Source of the DNA: Bacteroidota bacterium
GTDB lineage: Bacteria > Bacteroidota > Bacteroidia > Bacteroidales > JAHJDW01
DNA length: 64,000 nucleotides
Assembly (NCBI GenBank): GCA_037139195.1
Contig: JBAXGW010000018.1
Coordinates: 19 to 64,018 of the forward strand
Direction of reading: 5' to 3'
The notes beneath the pieces are model-generated. The model saw only the letters and a list, made by a program, of their open reading frames with translations. It was not told where the DNA came from and searched no databases. A program made the position numbers and the translations under genes. Shown here in pieces: positions 58,693 to 64,000 of the stretch (the first letter of the stretch is position 1; each line of letters opens with the position of its first letter).

Positions 58693-59370
58693 ATGAACAA
58701 ACTATATATAAAATCGTATTTAGGATTAGCCAATTTAGTGTTTATAATAGCCTTACTCTTGTTTCTCCCAGTGTGGAGTGTTTATTATTGGCAAGCTTGG
58801 CTATATATTGCAACATTTACCATTTCGGTAATGTGGATTACAGCCTATTTTTTAAAACACGACACTGAGCTAATCAAGCGTAGACTAAAGGCGGGTCCAG
58901 CTGCTGAAAATGAAAAAGGGCAGAAAATAATTCAATCATTGGCAAGTGTTGCTGTAATTGGAATTATTATAGTTTCTGCATTTGATCATAGGTTTAAACT
59001 TTCAGAGGTATCGGTAGTACTCACAATCGTATCAAACGTATTTATATATTTGGGCTTTTACATTGTTTTTCTGGTTTTCAAAGAAAATAGCTTTACCTCC
59101 GCAATAATAGAAGTAGCCGATAGTCAAAAAGTAATATCAACGGGTCCGTATTCCACAGTAAGACATCCAATGTATTCAGGAGCCTTACTCCTATTCGTTT
59201 TTACGCCTTTGGCTTTAGATTCTTATTTCGGATTGCTCCTAAGTGTAATGCTAATTTTAGTTTTAGTTTTTCGATTACAAAACGAAGAAGCATTTCTTAA
59301 AACAAATTTAGTAGGTTATACTGAATATTGCGAAAAGGTAAAATACCGATTGGTTCCTTGGATTTGGTAA
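58693..59370 (+). CDS. isoprenylcysteine carboxyl methyltransferase (ICMT/PEMT-like) family membrane protein
   Basis: 225 aa with 5-6 TM segments. Contains the family motif VISTGPYSTVRHPMYSGALL. Confidence 0.65.
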   Translation: MNKLYIKSYLGLANLVFIIALLLFLPVWSVYYWQAWLYIATFTISVMWITAYFLKHDTELIKRRLKAGPAAENEKGQKIIQSLASVAVIGIIIVSAFDHRFKLSEVSVVLTIVSNVFIYLGFYIVFLVFKENSFTSAIIEVADSQKVISTGPYSTVRHPMYSGALLLFVFTPLALDSYFGLLLSVMLILVLVFRLQNEEAFLKTNLVGYTEYCEKVKYRLVPWIW

Positions 59371-59375
59371 TAAAA

Positions 59376-59687
59376 TTACATCAATCCCAATTCCAACATA
59401 GCATCTGGCGAAATTAAATCTTTCGTCCATGGTGGATCGAAGGTGATTTCTACATCCACGCTTTTAACGTCTTCAATATATTTTATAGCATCTACAATTT
59501 CAGGTGGAATACGTTCTGCCTCAGGGCAATTTGGGCTTGTAAGTGTCATAATAATTTTCACATCTTTTGATTCAGAAATATTTATTTCATATATCATTCC
59601 TAAATCATATACGTTAACAGGAATTTCGGGGTCATAAACGGTTTTAATTGCCGAAATTATTTTGTTTTTTAATATCATATTTTCCAT
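59376..59687 (-). CDS. DUF59 / SufT-like Fe-S assembly protein
   Basis: AIKTVYDPEIPVNVYDLGMIYEI...LTSPNCPEAE is the MIP18/DUF59 signature. The ATG at 59685-59687 is preferred over the TTG at 59730-59732. Confidence 0.7.
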   Translation of the reverse strand: MENMILKNKIISAIKTVYDPEIPVNVYDLGMIYEINISESKDVKIIMTLTSPNCPEAERIPPEIVDAIKYIEDVKSVDVEITFDPPWTKDLISPDAMLELGLM

Positions 59688-60210
59688 ATTAATATAATTA
59701 TTTTTTTTTAATTTCAATTCGTTATTTTGCAAAGAAATCCTGTAATAATATTAATAGCGAAAATATAAATACCAAATTCATTTTCGCTATTTATATTTTC
59801 AAAAAATTACACAGTTCATAAAACAAATAACAGCATTACTTAAGTGTAAAGTTAATGAAATTGTTTCTATTTTCAATGTTTATTTTGGTATGAGCGATTA
59901 AAATGAATATTTTGGATTCATTTAGTCTTTTAAAGATAAAATCAAACAAGAAGAAAAAAATCGACAAGTCATTAAATTATTCGTCAATGAATCATATAAA
60001 ATTCGATATAAATTTTCTAAAAAAAAAGTTATAAACCGATTAGAAAATAAAGTTCGTAAGTAGTCAAATATTTTTTCAAAAATACTTGGAATTACAAGCT
60101 AATTGACTTTAAATTTGCCTTTTTTTAAGAATTATTTCTTAAAAAAAATTAATTATATTTGATTTTGGTAAATCGATTTAGTATATTTGTATTTTAATAA
60201 TAAATAGTCC

Positions 60211-61638
60211 ATGCGTAAAATAAAATCACAAACAAAAATTATAGCAACAGTTGGTCCCGCTTGCTCTTCAAAAGATACATTATTTCAAATGATTGAAGAA
60301 GGTGTTGATGTTTTCAGACTCAATTTTTCACATTCCGATAAATCTGAGCATCAAAAAGTAATTGACAGAATCAACGAAATAAATAATGAACACAATCTAA
60401 ACATAGCAATACTTGCCGATTTGCAAGGACCAAAAATAAGAATTGGCGAAGTAGAAAATAATAGCATATTACTTACGGATGGAGATACAATTAATTTTGT
60501 TAACGAAAAGTGCATAGGAACCAAAGATAGCTTATACATGAGCTATACCAACTTTGCAAAAGACGTTAAAGCAGGAGAAATAATACTTATTGACGATGGG
60601 AAAATTCAATTAGAAGTTTTAGAAACTAATAATGAAAATAAGGTTTGTGCTAAAGTTATTCATGGCGGAACTCTTTCATCGCGAAAAGGCGTAAACTTGC
60701 CAAACACAAAAGTGTCTTTACCCAGCTTAACAGAAGAAGACATTGAAAATGCTCTTTTTGCAATTGAAAACAATGTTGATTGGATTGCTCTTTCTTTTGT
60801 TAGAAAAGCTGAAGATGTAATGATGCTGAAAGAACTTATACAAAATAAAAATGGACATGCAAGTGTAATAGCAAAAATTGAGAAACCCGAGGCTTTAGAC
60901 GATTTGGATAATATAATTGATGCGGCTGATGCAGTTATGGTAGCGCGCGGCGATTTGGGCGTTGAAATATCATTTGAGCGAGTTCCTTTGATTCAAAAAG
61001 ATATAGTAAACAAATGTGTTAATAAATCTAAGCCAGTTATCATTGCAACCCAGATGATGGAAAGTATGATAACAAACTTTTGTCCTACCAGAGCCGAAGC
61101 TAATGATGTAGCAAATGCAGTTTTAGACGGAGCAGATGCACTGATGCTAAGCGGAGAAACATCAGTTGGGAAATTTCCAGTTGAAACTATTCGCAATATG
61201 CAACACATAATAGATTGGACCGAAAACAATGGTTTTCCATATAATAAAGAACATATTCCTGAAGAAAACACAAATCGCTTTGTAGCCGAAACAACTTGCT
61301 ACCACGCATGTAAAATGGCTTCGTTTGCAAAAGCAAATGCTATTATAACATTTACCAATTCGGGATTTTCGGCATTTAAAATTTCGAGCTATCGTCCAGA
61401 AGCTGATATATTTGCTTTCACCAATAATAAAACCTTACTTAGAAAAATGGCGTTAGTGTGGGGCGTTAGAGCTTTTTGCTGCCATGACTTTACGGTAATG
61501 GTTGAAGCAATAAATTACTCCAAACAAATGTTAAGCGAAACTGGACTTATAAATCCTGGTGATATTATTATTAATGTTGGCAGCTCTCCACTCCACGAAA
61601 AAGGCGCAACAAATATGATAAAGCTAGGTATTGTTTAA
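60211..61638 (+). CDS. pyk: pyruvate kinase
   Basis: 475 aa. Contains KIIATVGPA, FRLNFSHS, DLQGPKIR, MVARGDLGVEI, ATQMMESM and MLSGETSVGKFP. Confidence 0.92.
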   Translation: MRKIKSQTKIIATVGPACSSKDTLFQMIEEGVDVFRLNFSHSDKSEHQKVIDRINEINNEHNLNIAILADLQGPKIRIGEVENNSILLTDGDTINFVNEKCIGTKDSLYMSYTNFAKDVKAGEIILIDDGKIQLEVLETNNENKVCAKVIHGGTLSSRKGVNLPNTKVSLPSLTEEDIENALFAIENNVDWIALSFVRKAEDVMMLKELIQNKNGHASVIAKIEKPEALDDLDNIIDAADAVMVARGDLGVEISFERVPLIQKDIVNKCVNKSKPVIIATQMMESMITNFCPTRAEANDVANAVLDGADALMLSGETSVGKFPVETIRNMQHIIDWTENNGFPYNKEHIPEENTNRFVAETTCYHACKMASFAKANAIITFTNSGFSAFKISSYRPEADIFAFTNNKTLLRKMALVWGVRAFCCHDFTVMVEAINYSKQMLSETGLINPGDIIINVGSSPLHEKGATNMIKLGIV

Positions 61639-61680
61639 TAATACTTATTGAAATAGTAATGCCAATACAAGTATTTAAAT

Positions 61681-61718
61681 AGAGTATAACCATAAAGTTG
61701 CCTTTATGGTTATACTCT
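61681..61718. terminator. perfect 17-bp-stem hairpin between convergent genes
   Basis: agagtataaccataaag-ttgc-ctttatggttatactct. There is no clear U-tract, so it may instead be an RNA stability or processing element. Confidence 0.5.
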
Positions 61719-61814
61719 AATCAATTAACTTTCGACTCACAAAATAAGACTGCAAAGAGATTGCTGAAAAATTGTTAAACGAGATTATTAAATTATTGTT
61801 GGTGCTCTTATTAA

Positions 61815-63392
61815 TTATTTTTTAATTATTTTTTTGACAATCATTTCATTTCCCTTAGAAATTTTAACAATATAAATCCCACTTGAATAATTAGTTAAAT
61901 CAACAATTACATCAGAATTTAAAATAGAAAAACCTGATATGGCTTGACCCAAGCTATTATAAATTTCAATTTGAGCATTCTCAATACCCGAAATTTGGAT
62001 TTTTTCAGTAGTAGGATTAGGATAAATCTTAACATCATTAAAATTTTGGTTAGCTCCTATTCCTATAGAGTTATTATCATTTCGAACCAGACGAACATAA
62101 TTGTTTAATCGAGCTATTTCACCTTGGTTATCGCCTCTTGGATTTGAAGAGTAAATAGGATTACCCTGAAGGTCAACTCCCATATTTACACCATAATTTG
62201 ACCCAGTTTTTACTTCACTTCGCACCGCACCAGTACAATCAAGATCACAATAGGTAAAATAAGTCAATACGGCGCCTTTAGCCCATCCCGAAGCTCTGCC
62301 AAAAGCAACATACAAAGCCGATTTCCCTTCATAAACAGAACCATTATAGGTAGCTTGCGTAGTACTTGTCCAGAAATAGGGCCAATCGACAGTTCCAGCT
62401 TCACTTGTGATTGTGGAAATATTAAAAATTGAATCAATGGATGCTGATTGAGTAGAAATGGGTGAACGATCATAATCGACAATACTCTGTAATTCTTTTG
62501 CATTGGGCAATCTCCAATCGCTATATCCACAATAATTCGAACTGTTTTGTGTTTGTGCCCAAGCTAAAGCATCTTGCCATTGCATTCCAAACTTACTATC
62601 ATCTTTAGACCACATAAGACCGGTTGCCTTATCAGTTATTGTAAGATCTCCATTATCAACAAAATCATTGCTCCCATATAACAAATTACCACGTACTGCA
62701 ATAAACATAAACTTTTGAAAATTAAAGATTTCTGTAGGAGTTAATTGATATCCCAAAATTCTACCATCAGCAAAATTCATCCCATAAAGGCTATAAGAAT
62801 TATAATACGATTTGTCTTTTGAAATAGTACTGGATGCATATTTTACATCAAGCATATATACATACGAAATTGAATCTTCATTGCGTCCCCATTCAAAAGG
62901 GAAAAAAGTAGTATCAATAAAAGGATTCAATCCAGCAGTGCTCACAACGCCTTCCCTCGGAGCATTTCCCTTATAATTTGATAGAGAATACAATTGTTTA
63001 ATAGTAGGAATACGCCAATCGTTGTATCCCCCATAATTAGTTGAATTGAGCTCATCTAAACGTAATAGAATATAATCCCATCTTAGAGCATCAAATTCAG
63101 TAATAATACCATTATTATTACCGTTAATATCAGGACTGCTTTGCCACATAAGTCCTGTTACTAAATCTAAAACGGTTCCATCTCCATTATCTTGGTAGTT
63201 TGGAGAATTTAAACCAGAAAACTGTCCGTAAAAAGCATCACTTGATGTTAAGGGACAAGTTATGGTTGAATAGTTGTCATAACAACTTGTAGCATCAGTT
63301 CCAACTATTTTATAAGTTTGACCGTAGCTAGCAAGATTTATTAATGTTATAATAGACATTAATAAAATGGGCATTGAATTTAGGGTTTTCAT
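61815..63392 (-). CDS. T9SS-secreted protein with two DUF1566 (Lcl C-terminal-like) domains and a type-A CTD
   Basis: 525 aa. Signal peptide. DWRIPTIKQLYSL and DWRLPNAKELQSI are DUF1566 hallmarks. C-terminal KIYPNPTTEKIQI...GIYIVKI. Confidence 0.7.
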   Translation of the reverse strand: MKTLNSMPILLMSIITLINLASYGQTYKIVGTDATSCYDNYSTITCPLTSSDAFYGQFSGLNSPNYQDNGDGTVLDLVTGLMWQSSPDINGNNNGIITEFDALRWDYILLRLDELNSTNYGGYNDWRIPTIKQLYSLSNYKGNAPREGVVSTAGLNPFIDTTFFPFEWGRNEDSISYVYMLDVKYASSTISKDKSYYNSYSLYGMNFADGRILGYQLTPTEIFNFQKFMFIAVRGNLLYGSNDFVDNGDLTITDKATGLMWSKDDSKFGMQWQDALAWAQTQNSSNYCGYSDWRLPNAKELQSIVDYDRSPISTQSASIDSIFNISTITSEAGTVDWPYFWTSTTQATYNGSVYEGKSALYVAFGRASGWAKGAVLTYFTYCDLDCTGAVRSEVKTGSNYGVNMGVDLQGNPIYSSNPRGDNQGEIARLNNYVRLVRNDNNSIGIGANQNFNDVKIYPNPTTEKIQISGIENAQIEIYNSLGQAISGFSILNSDVIVDLTNYSSGIYIVKISKGNEMIVKKIIKK

Positions 63393-63775
63393 ATTTCCAT
63401 TTTTTAATTAATTATTAATGTAAAACTATAATGAGAATTGAATTAGATTGTCATACAATTTTATGGATGATTTATAAAATTTTATTATTATAAAATTTAA
63501 ATCAGAATCTTTATATATTAATTATCAAATTATTATATTCTATTCAATTATAAATCAAATTTTCCGGATATGTTCATGGACAAGCTAATTGTTCGCATTG
63601 AATAAAACCAAGATAACTCAGTTAAGTTGTTGTTTGACGATAATTTTATTTTAATAGAGAAGACATACAGACATATAATAGGTAACAAGCGAAGATTCAA
63701 CTTAAATCGCAATTGTTTAAATAAGTTGCTTAATGGTAAATGGGCCAGACTTTTAAAAGTAATTTGAAAATAGAA

Positions 63776-64000
63776 TCATTTTTCAGCTATAACTATACCA
63801 ACTCTTTCAATATGTTCAAGTAATTCTTTATTTGAAATTTGATGGTATATTGAAATATCAAAAGAGTATGGAAGAAACAAATCATCAAGTTTTGATTCAA
63901 TTTTATTTAGAATTGACAAATTAAGACCTTCACCTTTCAATGTAATATCAATATCTGAACCATTTTTATAATTTCCTTTGGCTCTTGAACCATATAAAAT
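63776..64000 (-). CDS. nucleotidyltransferase-domain protein (MNT/MntA-like), 5'-truncated by the window edge
   Basis: Manual translation gives ILYGSRAKGNYKNGSDIDITLKG...ERVGIVIAEK*. It carries the Pol-beta-type GS...DxD motif. Stop at 63776-63778. Confidence 0.6.
   Translation of the reverse strand: MLYGSRAKGNYKNGSDIDITLKGEGLNLSILNKIESKLDDLFLPYSFDISIYHQISNKELLEHIERVGIVIAEK

Noticed and set aside
59740-60210. The long AT-rich gap upstream of pyk, including a 43-codon ORF (59903-60034)
   Set aside because: The Lys/Asn-rich translation is expected by chance in A-rich DNA. There is no signal peptide, repeat or secondary structure that I could see, so it is probably just promoter or UP-element DNA.

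Overview
AT-rich chromosomal segment whose content points to Bacteroidota (Flavobacteriia/Cytophagia-like): TAnnTTTG-type promoters, gldB, a sprE/porW-like gene, several proteins with T9SS C-terminal sorting domains, and a MurF-Alr fusion. About 55 protein genes and a tRNA-Thr/Tyr/Trp cluster are supported. Most of the window is housekeeping: dnaG, pepA, pdxA, murF-alr, lipB, mazG, proS, secA, pyk, a SulP permease, a PduO-type adenosyltransferase and a futalosine-type radical SAM enzyme. No rRNA, CRISPR array, integrase or transposase was recognised. Accessory signals, in order of interest: (1) At 50.4-57.3 kb, two Rhs-tip toxin/immunity cassettes lack ATG starts and any parent rhs body. They are bounded by near-identical 105-bp non-coding repeats, have a relBE-like pair between them, and sit directly behind a type-B-CTD T9SS cargo gene. 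(2) Nine exactly phased 21-bp tandem repeats run into the promoter of a small HTH gene (11.1-11.3 kb). (3) A family of GC-rich intergenic hairpin or MITE-like elements occurs at 6.37, 12.9-13.1, 50.5-51.0 and 53.3-53.5 kb. (4) A roughly 1020-codon T9SS adhesin reading frame is broken by a single in-frame TGA. (5) An Asn/Tyr/Gly-rich low-complexity lipoprotein is paired with an outer-membrane beta-barrel gene. (6) Unusual architectures include an AsmA-like N-terminus fused to a GT51 transglycosylase and a roughly 12-14-blade Reg_prop surface protein. All functional calls rest on motif recognition by eye; no database search was run.
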